A stretch of DNA of 64,000 nt, taken from the NCBI GenBank assembly GCA_030041075.1, contig JASHOP010000099.1, positions 3,852 to 67,851 on the forward strand. The letters run 5' to 3'. Every line of letters starts with the position of its first letter. The first letter of the stretch is position 1. Source of the stretch: Thermoplasmata archaeon. Lineage in GTDB: Archaea > Thermoplasmatota > Thermoplasmata > Lutacidiplasmatales > UBA184. Shown here piece after piece: positions 26,363 through 36,074 of this stretch. A program made the position numbers and the translations under genes. The notes below the pieces were generated by a model that saw nothing but the letters and a program-made list of their open reading frames with translations, made no database searches and was not told where the DNA came from.

Positions 26363-26620
26363 GGACGAGCGGACCGGCGTTGTGACTTAACCTCCGCCGG
26401 GGCGGGTGCCTGCGGTACGGGGAACCGAGTCCGGCGCCAGGATGGAGTCGGGGCCCACGCGTGGGCGCGGACCACCACGTCGATCGAGGCGCTCGCGTCG
26501 GTCCGACGACCGGCCTCGGGAACGTCGCCCTCCCTCCGGACCCTCGGAGTTCGGCCGCCGACGCCGCCGCGACCCAAGCCGTGATATAGCGCGGCCCGGT
26601 GGCACGGCGCCGTCCTCGGA

Positions 26621-27769
26621 ATGCCCGATTTCTCCCTCTCTCCGGAGCTCGAGAGCCTCCGCGACATGGCCCGGAAGTTCGCGAGGACCGAGATGGTTCC
26701 GCACGCGGCAGAGTGCGACCGGAGCGCCCGGTTTCCCGAGGAGATCTACCGCAAGGCCCACGCGCTCGGGCTCATGAACCTCAACGTACCGGCGGAGTTC
26801 GGGGGGACCGGGCTCTCGCTGCTCGAGCAGTGCCTGATCGTCGAGGAGCTCGCGTACGCCTGCGGAGGCATGACGACCTCGATCATCGCGAACTGTCTTG
26901 CGCTCGAACCGATCCTGCTGGCGGCTTCCCCCGAGCAGAAGCAGCGCTACCTCCCTTCGTTCTGCTCCGAGTACCACCTCGCCTCGTTCTGCCTGACGGA
27001 GCCCGGCGGCGGCAGCGACGCTGGCGCGCTCCGCACCCGAGCCCGTCGGGAGGGCGAGGAGTACGTGCTGGACGGGGAGAAGTGCTTCATCACGAACGCG
27101 CCGCACGCTTCGCTCTACACCGTGTTCGCGACCCTGGACCCGGCGGCCCGCCATCGCGGCATCGCCGCGTTCGTCGTGCCGCGCTCGGCGAAGGGGCTCA
27201 CCCCGGGGAAGGACGAGGAGAAGATGGGACACCGGGCCTCGTCGACGAGCACGGTCCGCTTCGACGGGGTGCGGGTGCCCGTCGCCGACCGGCTCGGCGC
27301 CGAGGGGGAGGGGTTCGCGCTCGCCATGCGGACGCTCGACCAGACGCGGACGCCGATCGGAGCCCTCGCGACGGGGATCGCCCAGGCCGCGCTCGACCAC
27401 GCCGCGCGCTACGCGCTGAAGCGCGAGACGTTCGGCAAGCCGATCGCCGAGCACCAGGCGATCCAGATCAAGCTGGCGAACATGGCCCAGGCGGTTCACG
27501 CCTCGCGCCTCCTCACCTGGCACGCGGCCTGGACGATCGACCGAGGGCAGAAAGGGACGCTCGAGTCGTCGATCGCGAAGTGCTTCGCCTCGGACGCGGC
27601 GCTCCACGTCGCCGACGAGGCGATCCAGACGTTCGGGGGGTACGGGTACATGAAGGAGTACCCGGTCGAGAAGCTCCTTCGGGACGCGAAGCTCACCCAG
27701 ATCTACGAGGGCGCGAACGAGATCCAGCGCACCGTGATCGCCCGCGAGCTGCTGCGCGGCTACGCTTAG
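26621..27769 (+). CDS. Acyl-CoA dehydrogenase
   Basis: ...[14 protein letters not shown]...GEKCFITNA...[34 protein letters not shown].... Confidence 0.9.
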   Translation: MPDFSLSPELESLRDMARKFARTEMVPHAAECDRSARFPEEIYRKAHALGLMNLNVPAEFGGTGLSLLEQCLIVEELAYACGGMTTSIIANCLALEPILLAASPEQKQRYLPSFCSEYHLASFCLTEPGGGSDAGALRTRARREGEEYVLDGEKCFITNAPHASLYTVFATLDPAARHRGIAAFVVPRSAKGLTPGKDEEKMGHRASSTSTVRFDGVRVPVADRLGAEGEGFALAMRTLDQTRTPIGALATGIAQAALDHAARYALKRETFGKPIAEHQAIQIKLANMAQAVHASRLLTWHAAWTIDRGQKGTLESSIAKCFASDAALHVADEAIQTFGGYGYMKEYPVEKLLRDAKLTQIYEGANEIQRTVIARELLRGYA

Positions 27770-27781
27770 CGGATCGGGCCG

Positions 27782-28564
27782 ATGGAGATCGTCGTTTGCC
27801 TCAAGCCGGTCCCGGACGCCGAGACGCGCGCGAGGCCCCTCCCGGACGGGACGCGATTCGATCCGGAAGGCGTGAAATTCGTCCTCGCGGGCTACGACGA
27901 GTCGGCCGTCGAGCAGGCGCTCCTCCTGAAGGAGGCGATCCCCGGCTCGGCGGTGCACGCGATCTCGCTGGGCGCCCGGTCGCGGACCGACGAGGTGCTC
28001 CGCGCGGCGATCGCCCTCGGGTGCGACTCCGCGACGGCGATCGAGGCGTCGCCCGCCGCGTTCGAGGACCCGATCGCGGTGGCCGCCGGGCTCCGGGCCG
28101 CCATCGAGGGGCTCCCGCACGACCTGGTCCTCCTCGGAAAGCAGTCCGGGGACGAGGAGGAGGGTCTCGTTCCCGGGGCCCTCGGCGAGCTCCTCGGCCT
28201 CCCCCACTTCGGGTTCGTGGTCGACCTTCGGTGGGACGCGACCTCCCAGCGCCTCCGGTTCGGCCGGTCCACCGAGGCCGGCGAGGAGAGCTGGGAGGCG
28301 CCCCTCCCGTGCGTCATCGGCCTGCAGCAGGCATGGAACGACCCGCGGACCGCGAAGCTACCGGCGATCCTCAAGTCGCGTCGCGCGCCGATCGCCACGG
28401 TCCGCGCGCCGACCGGGCCCCCCGAGGGGCCCACGAGCGAGCCGGCCCGTTTCGAGCTGCCGCCTCCCCGGACCGGGGCGAAGATGATCGAATACCGGAC
28501 TCCTGCCGAGGCGGCGACGAAGCTCGTGCGGATCCTATCGGAGGAGGCGAAGGTGTTCCCATGA
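27782..28564 (+). CDS. etfB: Electron transfer flavoprotein beta subunit (EtfB/FixA)
   Basis: MEIVVCLKPVPD...FDPEGVKFVLAGYDESAVEQALLLKE... is the typical EtfB N-terminus. Confidence 0.85.
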   Translation: MEIVVCLKPVPDAETRARPLPDGTRFDPEGVKFVLAGYDESAVEQALLLKEAIPGSAVHAISLGARSRTDEVLRAAIALGCDSATAIEASPAAFEDPIAVAAGLRAAIEGLPHDLVLLGKQSGDEEEGLVPGALGELLGLPHFGFVVDLRWDATSQRLRFGRSTEAGEESWEAPLPCVIGLQQAWNDPRTAKLPAILKSRRAPIATVRAPTGPPEGPTSEPARFELPPPRTGAKMIEYRTPAEAATKLVRILSEEAKVFP

Positions 28565-29547
28565 CCCCGAGCGTGCTGGTCGTCGGCGAACCGCACGGCG
28601 ACGGGCTCGCGCCGGTCACGGCGGAGGCGGTCGGGGTCGCGCACGTCCTGGCCGGGGCGGACGGCCCGGTGGCCGGCCTGGTCGGGGGAGCCGGCTCGGC
28701 GTCGGCCATCCGGGAGCTCGGGCAGTTCGGCGTCGGACGGGTTCTGCGGATCGACGACCCCGGGGTGGAGGGCGCTTCGCCAGGCGCGCTCGCCCGCGCC
28801 GTGGCCGCCGCCGCGTCGACGGTCGGAGCGCGCCTCGTCCTCCTGGGCGGCACGACGTTCGGTCGCGACCTCGCCGGGCGCGTGGCGGTGGCGTGGAACG
28901 CCGCGGCCGTCAACGGGGCGACGGATCTCCGGTGGGACGGCGAGGCGCTCCTCGCCCGAAGGCCGGTCCTGGGCGGACGCGCGACCGAGACGCGACGACT
29001 CCTCGGCGGACGGTACGTCGTGTCGACGCGGCCCCACGCCTTCCCGGTGCCGGAACGTCCGCCCGTCTCGCCGTCGGTCGAGGCGGCGCCCGCGGGGCCG
29101 GTGCCACCGCTGCTGCTGGGCCCGAAGCGCCTCGGGGTCAAGGCCGTCCCCTCGGGGTCCGGGCCGGCGCTCGCGGACGCCGCGATCGTCGTGTCGGGCG
29201 GACGGGGGGTGCGCGCCCCCGAGAACTTCCGGCTGGTCGAGGAGCTCGCGTCGGCGCTCGGGGCCGCGGTGGGCGCGTCGCGCGCCGTGACCGACGCCGG
29301 CTGGCGGCCCGCGTCGCTCCAGGTCGGCCAGACGGGCCGAACGGTCGCTCCCCAGCTCTACATCGCGATCGGGATCTCGGGGGCGATCCAGCATCTCGTG
29401 GGGATGATGAGCTCGCGCGTCATCGTCGCGATCAACAACGACCCCGCGGCGTCGATCTTCCGCGTCGCCGACTACGGCATCGCGGGGGATCTGTTCGAGA
29501 TCGTCCCGGCGCTCACGGCGGAGGTCCGCCGGGTGCGCGGGACCTGA
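28561..29547 (+). CDS. etfA: Electron transfer flavoprotein alpha subunit (EtfA/FixB)
   Basis: MTPSVLVVGE...QLYIAIGISGAIQHLVGMMSSRVIVAINNDPAASIF..ADYGIAGDLFEIVPAL. ATG overlaps the etfB stop (ATGA). Embedded in a larger spurious ORF in the track. Confidence 0.85.
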   Translation: MTPSVLVVGEPHGDGLAPVTAEAVGVAHVLAGADGPVAGLVGGAGSASAIRELGQFGVGRVLRIDDPGVEGASPGALARAVAAAASTVGARLVLLGGTTFGRDLAGRVAVAWNAAAVNGATDLRWDGEALLARRPVLGGRATETRRLLGGRYVVSTRPHAFPVPERPPVSPSVEAAPAGPVPPLLLGPKRLGVKAVPSGSGPALADAAIVVSGGRGVRAPENFRLVEELASALGAAVGASRAVTDAGWRPASLQVGQTGRTVAPQLYIAIGISGAIQHLVGMMSSRVIVAINNDPAASIFRVADYGIAGDLFEIVPALTAEVRRVRGT

Positions 29548-29560
29548 CCCGGCCGTTCGC

Positions 29561-30862
29561 CTAGAGGTCGCGCGCCACGGCGAGCGCGTCGCGCACGAGC
29601 GTGGGCGTGGAAAGCCCGGCCTCGCGCTGGGCCGACCGGAGCATCTGTCGGAGGTGGCGCTTCGGCTTCCCGCTCTCGGTCATCAGGGCGTGGAACAGCG
29701 CGCCGGCGAACCGAGGGTAGGCCGTGTACATGCGGGGGTTCCACTTCACGCGGTCCATCCCGGCGAACTCCCGGAAGTCCGCGAGGATGCCCGACGCCTC
29801 CAGCCGCCGGTCGTACTCCCGGAGGCGGGACGGCGACGCCCCGCCCGCGGCCTTCGCCGCGAGCGCCGTCTCGGCGGCCTCGAGGCCGCTGCGGACGGCG
29901 TAGTTCATCCCCTGGATCACGATCCCGTTCGCGAAGACAAACCCGGCCGCGTCCCCCGCGACCATCCACCCGTCGCCGTGGAACGCCGAGGGCCGGCTCG
30001 CCCAACCGGAGCTGATCAACTTCGCGCCGTATTCGACGAGCTCGCCGCCCCGGAGCCGACGGAGGATCGCGGGGTGCTGCTTGAACCGCTCGACCATATC
30101 GTGGGCGTAGACCCCCTTGCCGAGCAGCGACGCGACGTTCACGATCAGCCCGAGCGAGATCGTGTCGCGGTTGGTGTAGAGGAATCCGCCGGCCATGACC
30201 CCCGGAGGGAAGATCCCCGCGACCCACTCCTCCGCGTGGCCCTCCCCGGGCTCGAGGCCGAACCGCTCCTCCAGCACCGAGGCGTCGAGCCGATACACCT
30301 CCTTGATCCCCAGCTCGGTCGCCTCGCCCGCGAGTCGGCTCGCGGGCCGGATCGGGGTCCCGAGCGCGAGGCGCGAGTTCGCCCCGTCCGCGAGGATCGT
30401 CACCGGGGCGGTCATCGGCTCCCCGGCCTGCACGACCCCCTTCGCCCGCGAGCCGTCCCAGAGCAAGGAGTCGACCGGGACCGAGGCGACGACGGTCGCC
30501 CCGGCCGCCTCGGCCTGCTTCGCGAGCCACGCGTCCGTGCGGGCCCTGAGGACGGTGTGGGCGGCGTACGGCTCCTTCCGCCAGGACGCGTCCTCGAAGT
30601 CGAACGCGACCGAATCGTCCGCGGTGAGGAAGCCGAACCGCTTGCGCACGAGGTGGCGCTCGAGGGGCATCTCGCGGCGCCAGTCCGGAACGATCCGGTC
30701 GAGGTCGTGGCCCCAGAGCACCCCGCCCGAGAGGTTCTTCGCGCCGGGCTCCGACCCCCGCTCGAGGAGGAGGACGTTCGCGCCGCCCTGCGCCAGCCGG
30801 ATCGCCGCCGCGCACCCGGCCATACCCGCGCCGACCACGATCGCGTCGAACTCGTCGGACAT
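29561..30862 (-). CDS. fixC: FAD-dependent ETF:quinone/ferredoxin oxidoreductase FixC-like (geranylgeranyl-reductase family flavoprotein)
   Basis: MSDEFDAIVVGAGMAGCAAAIRLAQGGANVLLLERG is an FAD Rossmann fold. Family signature throughout. Convergent with etfBA. Confidence 0.8.
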   Translation of the reverse strand: MSDEFDAIVVGAGMAGCAAAIRLAQGGANVLLLERGSEPGAKNLSGGVLWGHDLDRIVPDWRREMPLERHLVRKRFGFLTADDSVAFDFEDASWRKEPYAAHTVLRARTDAWLAKQAEAAGATVVASVPVDSLLWDGSRAKGVVQAGEPMTAPVTILADGANSRLALGTPIRPASRLAGEATELGIKEVYRLDASVLEERFGLEPGEGHAEEWVAGIFPPGVMAGGFLYTNRDTISLGLIVNVASLLGKGVYAHDMVERFKQHPAILRRLRGGELVEYGAKLISSGWASRPSAFHGDGWMVAGDAAGFVFANGIVIQGMNYAVRSGLEAAETALAAKAAGGASPSRLREYDRRLEASGILADFREFAGMDRVKWNPRMYTAYPRFAGALFHALMTESGKPKRHLRQMLRSAQREAGLSTPTLVRDALAVARDL

Positions 30863-30952
30863 CGGCGGCGTCTCGGACGGGGAGCCGCCGATTTAACGGT
30901 GCTTCGAGGGCCCGGCGCCGACGAGGCGCGCCGGCGGAGCTCCGGACCCGGC

Positions 30953-31576
30953 TCAGCGGGACGGCCGGCCCGACAGGTCGATCGCTTCGGACGCGTTCTC
31001 GAGCCGCTTCTGGAATTCGAACGGTCGGGGTATCCCGTTCCAGTCCTCGTTGCCGATCCGCGCCCCGCCCTCCGAGCTCACCCGGAGGGTCCCGTAGTGC
31101 AGGAGGCGCTGGCCGAACGACTGGTGGACGTCGACGCCGCGCACCTGGGTCACCGGGATCTCGTCGAAGTTCTTCCCGAGGATCCCCTTCTGGACGATGA
31201 CGCGGTTCGACGTGACCGCGTAGACCGTGCTGATCCACCGGAGATAGCGGACGAGGAGCCAGAGGAGGGCCACGAGGAACACGATCAGGACGATCGCCGC
31301 GATGCCGTAGAGGACGATCCCGTGCGTGCCCTGCGAGAGGTGCGCCAGCTTGGCGAGCCAGGAGACCGCGCCGACGTAGGTGTGGGTGAACGCCCACCCC
31401 ATCCGCCCGCCCCACGACAGGTACGTCAGCACCCCGAAGACGATCGCGAGCGCCACCGGCCCGGGAAAGTAGTACCACTTCGTCCCCCGCGTCTCCTCGA
31501 GGAGGACCTCCTGGTCCCCCAGGTAGGTGGCCTTGAGGTGCTTCGGCAGGACCTTCGGGGCTTGCGGGGCCGACAT
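30953..31576 (-). CDS. Membrane protein with bacterial PH domain (bPH_2/YdbS-like)
   Basis: Two TM helices followed by ...VYAVTSNRVIVQKGILGKNFDEIPVTQVRGVDVHQSFGQRLLHYGTLRVS.... Confidence 0.6.
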   Translation of the reverse strand: MSAPQAPKVLPKHLKATYLGDQEVLLEETRGTKWYYFPGPVALAIVFGVLTYLSWGGRMGWAFTHTYVGAVSWLAKLAHLSQGTHGIVLYGIAAIVLIVFLVALLWLLVRYLRWISTVYAVTSNRVIVQKGILGKNFDEIPVTQVRGVDVHQSFGQRLLHYGTLRVSSEGGARIGNEDWNGIPRPFEFQKRLENASEAIDLSGRPSR

Positions 31577-31668
31577 CGCCGGGCGACGGACGGTCGCAGA
31601 GATAAGCGCTCGCTTCCGGCCCCCCGGCGCGACCGTCGCTTATATCGCGGACCCGATGCGGAGAGTCG

Positions 31669-32520
31669 ATGGGGGTCACCGACTGCCACGTGCACATCAA
31701 CCCGCTCGGGGAGATGCGGCCGGACGCGCGGGCCCTGGTCGGCCCGGTCGACCCGGAGATGGCGCGGGTCGTCGAGGAGCCGCGGCGGTTCCTCGACTAT
31801 CTCGACCGGTCCGGGGTCGAGCGCGCGGTCCTCGTGAACTACGTTGCCCCGGAAGTGATCGGCTACACGGAGGCGGCCAACTCGTTCGCGAGCGAGTTCG
31901 CCGAGGAGGACCCCGACCGCCTGATCGCCGCGGGAGGGATCCGTCCGGACCATCCCGACCCGGTGAGCGAGATCCACCGCATGGTCCACGATCTCGGCCT
32001 GCGCGCGCTGAAGCTGCACCCCGCCCACCAGCTGTTCTCGCCCAACGACTACATCGACGGGCGTCGGCCGGGGCTGAAGGCGATCTACGGTGCGTGCGAG
32101 CAGGAGCGGATCCCGATCATCTTCCACACCGGTACCTCGATCTTCCCCCGCGCGAGGAACCGGTTCGCGGACCCGCTGCTGGTCGAGGACGTCGCGGTCG
32201 ACTTCCCCGACCTCACGATCGTCCTCGCCCACGGGGGCCGGCCCCTGTGGACCGCGACCGCGATGTTCCTCGCGCGCCGGTTCCCCAACGTCTGGCTCGA
32301 GGTCTCGGGCGTCCCGCCGTCGCGCCTGCTCGAGTATTTCCCCCGCCTCGCCGGCCTGGCGGGCAAGGTCCTGTTCGGGACCGACTGGCCGGGCCCCGGC
32401 GTGAAGGACATCGGAGGGAACCTCCGGGCGTTCCGGTCGCTGCCGATCGGGCCGGACGACCAGCGGCGGATCCTCGAAGAGAACCCGGTCCGAGTGTTTC
32501 CCCGGCGGGCGCCCAACTGA
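31669..32520 (+). CDS. Amidohydrolase-2 family metal-dependent hydrolase (TIM barrel)
   Basis: MGVTDCHVHINP...LKLHPAHQ...IFHTGTS...LAHGGRP...FGTDWP are the HxH...H...H...D metal-ligand pattern of the Amidohydro_2 family. Confidence 0.7.
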   Translation: MGVTDCHVHINPLGEMRPDARALVGPVDPEMARVVEEPRRFLDYLDRSGVERAVLVNYVAPEVIGYTEAANSFASEFAEEDPDRLIAAGGIRPDHPDPVSEIHRMVHDLGLRALKLHPAHQLFSPNDYIDGRRPGLKAIYGACEQERIPIIFHTGTSIFPRARNRFADPLLVEDVAVDFPDLTIVLAHGGRPLWTATAMFLARRFPNVWLEVSGVPPSRLLEYFPRLAGLAGKVLFGTDWPGPGVKDIGGNLRAFRSLPIGPDDQRRILEENPVRVFPRRAPN

Positions 32521-32545
32521 AATACTGCCCTCGGCTCGTACGGAC

Positions 32546-32971
32546 GTGCCGGAGCCGCCGGAGCCCGTCGCCGATGCCGCCGCGCCTCCGGTCGCCGAAG
32601 AGGGGGCGCCGGTCGTCGAGGTCGTGGAGGGCGGCGAGGAGGTCGGGCGCCTCCCGCTGCCGCGGCGTCCGCGCGGCGAGGTGTTCGGGATCGCGAGCCA
32701 GCTCCTCGGAGCGGCGCGCATCCGCGTGATGTGCGAGGACAACCTCTCGCGGATGGGCCGGATCACGGGGAAGATGAAGAAGAAGATGTGGATCCGCGCC
32801 GGCGACCTCCTGATCGTCCGGCCCTGGGGATTCCAAGAGGGGAAGGCGGACATCCTGTTCCGCTACAGCCGGACGCAGGCCCAGTACCTGTCCCGACGGA
32901 ACCTTCTCCCGGCGTCGATGAACCTGTTCTCGGCCCCCGACGCGCCCGCCGAGGGATCTCCGGCCGCGTAG
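32546..32971 (+). CDS. eif1A: Translation initiation factor 1A (aIF-1A/eIF-1A) with Ala/Pro/Glu-rich N-terminal extension
   Basis: ...GEVFGIASQLLGAARIRVMCEDNLSRMGRITGKMKKKMWIRAGDLLIVRPWGFQEGKADILFRY... is the S1-like OB fold of aIF-1A. Confidence 0.85.
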   Translation: MPEPPEPVADAAAPPVAEEGAPVVEVVEGGEEVGRLPLPRRPRGEVFGIASQLLGAARIRVMCEDNLSRMGRITGKMKKKMWIRAGDLLIVRPWGFQEGKADILFRYSRTQAQYLSRRNLLPASMNLFSAPDAPAEGSPAA

Positions 32972-32978
32972 ACCCGCG

Positions 32979-34478
32979 ATGTGGCCTGCCCCTCCACGAC
33001 CGCTCTCCGCGGGGGAGATGACGGTCGTGGAGCACAACGCGGTGGCGCTGGGCGTCTCCCTCGACCAGCTGATGGAGAACGCCGGACGCGCGGTCGCCGA
33101 GGAGGCGATCCGGCGGCTCCCACCGCCCCCGGCGCGCGTCGCGATCGTCGCGTCGACCGGCAACAACGGCGGCGACGGTACATGCTGCGCCCACTATCTG
33201 CACCAGTGGGGCTTCTCGCCGGAGGTCTGGATCGTTCGTCCGCCGGCGGAGATCGGTTCGCGGGCGGCCCGGCGCTGCTTCGAGCGGATCGAACGGACGG
33301 TGCCGGTGCACGTCCGGCTTCCGAAGCCCGAGGAGCTCGCGACGATGCCGCTCGTGATCGATGCCCTGCTCGGCTCCGGCCAGTCGTCCGCCCTCCGCTC
33401 GCCGATCGCGGAGGCGGTCGGGGCGATCCAGCAGAGCGGCGCGCCGGTGCTCTCGATCGACCTTCCGACCGGCGCGCTCGACCCGAACGGCCTCAAGCCG
33501 GCGACGACGGTCGCCCTGACGGCCGCCAAACGGGAAATGGACCCGTCGACCGCGGGGACGGTCGTCGTCCGCGACATCGGGATACCGCCGGACGCGTGGC
33601 GACGGACCGGCCCCGGCGAGTTCGCATGCTTCCCGCTCCCAACGAACCCGTCGGAGCGGGGACGCTCCGCGCGGCTGATCGTCATCGGCGGCGGGCCGTA
33701 CGCCGGCGCGCCGGCCCTCGCCGCGCTGGCCTCGCTCCGCTCGGGCGCGGAGCGGGCGACCGTGCTGGCCCCCGGGGGCGCCGCGGAGCGGGTGCAGGGG
33801 TTCTCGCCGGCGCTGGTCGTGCATGCCGTTGGATCGGGCCGGTTCCGGCCGACCGACGTGCCCGAGATCCTCGACTTCGTGCGCGGGGCGCATCCGGCCG
33901 CGGTCGCGGTCGGGATGGGGACGGGAGCCCATCCCGAGACCCTGGAGGCCCTCGGCACGATCGAGCGGGCGCTGGTGGGAGGCGTCCCCCTCCTCGTCGA
34001 TGCCGACGGTCTGGCGGCGCTCCCGTCCCCCGCGGCGATCGCGGCCTCGGGCGGAGAGCCGCTCGTGGCGACCCCGAACGCGGGGGAGTTCGCGCGGCTG
34101 TTCGCGGACCGGCCGGCGGAGTCGCCGACCGACCGGTTGGCGACCGCAGCCCGCCTGGCCCGGGAGCGACGGCTCACACTGCTCGCGAAGGGCCGGTCGG
34201 ACGCCATCTCCGACGGGGAGACGACCGTCGAGAACCTCCACCACCACCCGGCGGGCACGGTCGCCGGAACGGGGGACGTCCTGGGCGGCGTCGTGGCGAG
34301 CCTGCTCGCCCAGGGGCTGGGTCCGGTTCCGGCGTGCCGGCTTGCCACCTACTGGGTCGGAGAGGCCGGGATCGTCGCGGCCTCGCGCCGCAGCTTCGGG
34401 CTCCTCGCGACGGACGTCCTTGACGAGCTTCCCGCCGCCTTGGCGGCCGGCCTCGCGCGGACCCGGCGAGGGGCGTAG
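32979..34478 (+). CDS. nnr: Bifunctional NAD(P)H-hydrate epimerase / ADP-dependent NAD(P)HX dehydratase (Nnr; YjeF N+C domains)
   Basis: N-terminal ...MENAGRAVAEEA...VASTGNNGGDG... (YjeF-N) and C-terminal ...LLAKGRSD.ISDG...HHPAGTVAGTGDVLGGVVASLLAQG (carbohydrate-kinase-like). Confidence 0.85.
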   Translation: MWPAPPRPLSAGEMTVVEHNAVALGVSLDQLMENAGRAVAEEAIRRLPPPPARVAIVASTGNNGGDGTCCAHYLHQWGFSPEVWIVRPPAEIGSRAARRCFERIERTVPVHVRLPKPEELATMPLVIDALLGSGQSSALRSPIAEAVGAIQQSGAPVLSIDLPTGALDPNGLKPATTVALTAAKREMDPSTAGTVVVRDIGIPPDAWRRTGPGEFACFPLPTNPSERGRSARLIVIGGGPYAGAPALAALASLRSGAERATVLAPGGAAERVQGFSPALVVHAVGSGRFRPTDVPEILDFVRGAHPAAVAVGMGTGAHPETLEALGTIERALVGGVPLLVDADGLAALPSPAAIAASGGEPLVATPNAGEFARLFADRPAESPTDRLATAARLARERRLTLLAKGRSDAISDGETTVENLHHHPAGTVAGTGDVLGGVVASLLAQGLGPVPACRLATYWVGEAGIVAASRRSFGLLATDVLDELPAALAAGLARTRRGA

Positions 34479-34484
34479 CGGGGC

Positions 34485-35138
34485 TTACGCGTAGCGGACC
34501 CGCCCGCGGATCTGCCGGGCCCGGGCGCGCACGTCCTTCGCGCCGTGGGGGTTCCCTTCGACGTATCCCGCGTAGAACGCGCGCGTGAGGGCGACCGCGC
34601 GGGCCGAGAGGGCCTTCAGGTCCTCCTCGACGAGGTGGAGGTCGATTCCGAGCTCCTCGACCCCCGGGTTGCGGCTCCCCATCGAGAGGTCCAGGAACGC
34701 CGGGGAGGCCCCGGGCCCGGCCGGGAACACCACGTTGGAGCTCGTGAGGTCGCCGTGCGAGATCCCTCCGGCGTGGAGCCGCCCGACCGCCTCGCCGAAC
34801 GAGCGCACGGCTCGGGCCAGCGACGCGGGATCGATCGCCGGATCCTCGAGGACCTCCTTGAGGGTGGGACCCGGCAGCTCCTCCAGGATGATCCGGTGCC
34901 GCGGCACGTCGATGTCGTAGAGGATCGGGGTGCGGACCCCGAGCCGCCGGGCGTCGACGAGCAGGCGCGCCTCGGTGCGGGTCCGCTCGCGGCGCAGGCG
35001 ATCGTCCAGCGCCTTCGGTCGGTACGATTTCGTCTCCCGCTCCTTGAGGAGCGCGGGGAATCCCCACCAGTCGACCGCGCGCAGGGTCGCCTCGGCCCCG
35101 CGCTGGACGGCGCGGCCGGAACGGTCCTCGTCGGCCAT
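34485..35138 (-). CDS. bud32: KEOPS complex kinase/ATPase Bud32
   Basis: ...ISHGDLTSSNVVF... RIO-type catalytic loop. Size about 217 aa. Confidence 0.8.
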   Translation of the reverse strand: MADEDRSGRAVQRGAEATLRAVDWWGFPALLKERETKSYRPKALDDRLRRERTRTEARLLVDARRLGVRTPILYDIDVPRHRIILEELPGPTLKEVLEDPAIDPASLARAVRSFGEAVGRLHAGGISHGDLTSSNVVFPAGPGASPAFLDLSMGSRNPGVEELGIDLHLVEEDLKALSARAVALTRAFYAGYVEGNPHGAKDVRARARQIRGRVRYA

Positions 35139-35151
35139 CGGCTACCGACCG

Positions 35152-36027
35152 TCACCGGTCCCGGCGCGACGCCGCGACGCGCACGATCGCCTCGCGCACC
35201 AGCCGCGCCGCGAGGGCGCTCGTGTTGCCCTGGTCGTAGGGCGGGCTCACTTCCATGACGTCGAACCCGACGAGCCGGGGGGCCACCCGGTCGAGGACGA
35301 GCTTCACGTCCCGCGGCGTCAGCCCGAACGGCTCGGGGGTGCCGGTCGCGCCCGCGAACGCCGGATCGATCGCGTCGATGTCCAGCGAGACATAGACCCG
35401 GTCGGTCTTCAGCATCCCGAGCGCCCGGTCCACCGAGGCCTCGATGCCGTCGCGCGCGATCTCGTGGGCGGTGACGGTCGGCATGCCGATCGACCGGTTG
35501 TCATCGACCTCCTCCCGGGAGACCGAACGGACCCCCAGGACGACGATGTTCCGGGCCCCGACCCGTTCGAGCATCCGCCGGGACGAGCACGCGTGGCTCC
35601 GGGGATCCCCCAGGTAGCTCGCCCGGAAGTCGAGGTGGGCGTCCAGGTAGAGGACGCCGATGCTCGGGCCACCGGACGGAAACGCCTCCACGCACGGGGG
35701 CGCGCACGCATGGTCTCCTCCGAGCACGATCGGCACCTTGCCGTCGGCGTAGATCTTCGCGACCTCGCCCCGGACCGACTCGACCATCTCCGACGCGCTG
35801 CCGAACTCGTCGGTGTTCCCCAGGTCGTGGACCGGGACGTCGGCGAGGTCGATCCCCGTCTCGAGGTCGTACGACTCGAAGTTCCAGGAGTGCTGCCGGA
35901 TCGAGTCCGGCCCGAAACGGGCGCCGGGCCGGAACGACGTCGTCCGGTCGAACGGCACGCCGAGGACGACGAACCGGGCGTCCGGATACGGGGCGACGGC
36001 GTCGGCGAACGTGGTCGGCCGGGGCAC
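35152..36027 (-). CDS. speB: Agmatinase / ureohydrolase (arginase family)
   Basis: ...VLGGDHA...DAHLD...SLDIDAIDPAFAGATGTPEPFGL... are the Mn-binding motifs of the arginase/agmatinase family. Confidence 0.8.
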   Translation of the reverse strand: MPRPTTFADAVAPYPDARFVVLGVPFDRTTSFRPGARFGPDSIRQHSWNFESYDLETGIDLADVPVHDLGNTDEFGSASEMVESVRGEVAKIYADGKVPIVLGGDHACAPPCVEAFPSGGPSIGVLYLDAHLDFRASYLGDPRSHACSSRRMLERVGARNIVVLGVRSVSREEVDDNRSIGMPTVTAHEIARDGIEASVDRALGMLKTDRVYVSLDIDAIDPAFAGATGTPEPFGLTPRDVKLVLDRVAPRLVGFDVMEVSPPYDQGNTSALAARLVREAIVRVAASRRDR

Positions 36028-36074
36028 GGCGCGGGGACGCGTCCCTCGCTATAAGACGGTACTCGGAACGGGCG

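Noticed and set aside
26387-29547. 606-aa (-) and 982-aa (+) ORFs spanning ACAD/etfBA
   Set aside because: Same GC-driven artefact. The 982-aa ORF only becomes meaningful from 28561 (EtfA).
29300-29561. FixX-like ferredoxin gene expected after fixC
   Set aside because: No Cys-rich small ORF between fixC and etfA. The space is fully occupied by the etfA 3' end.
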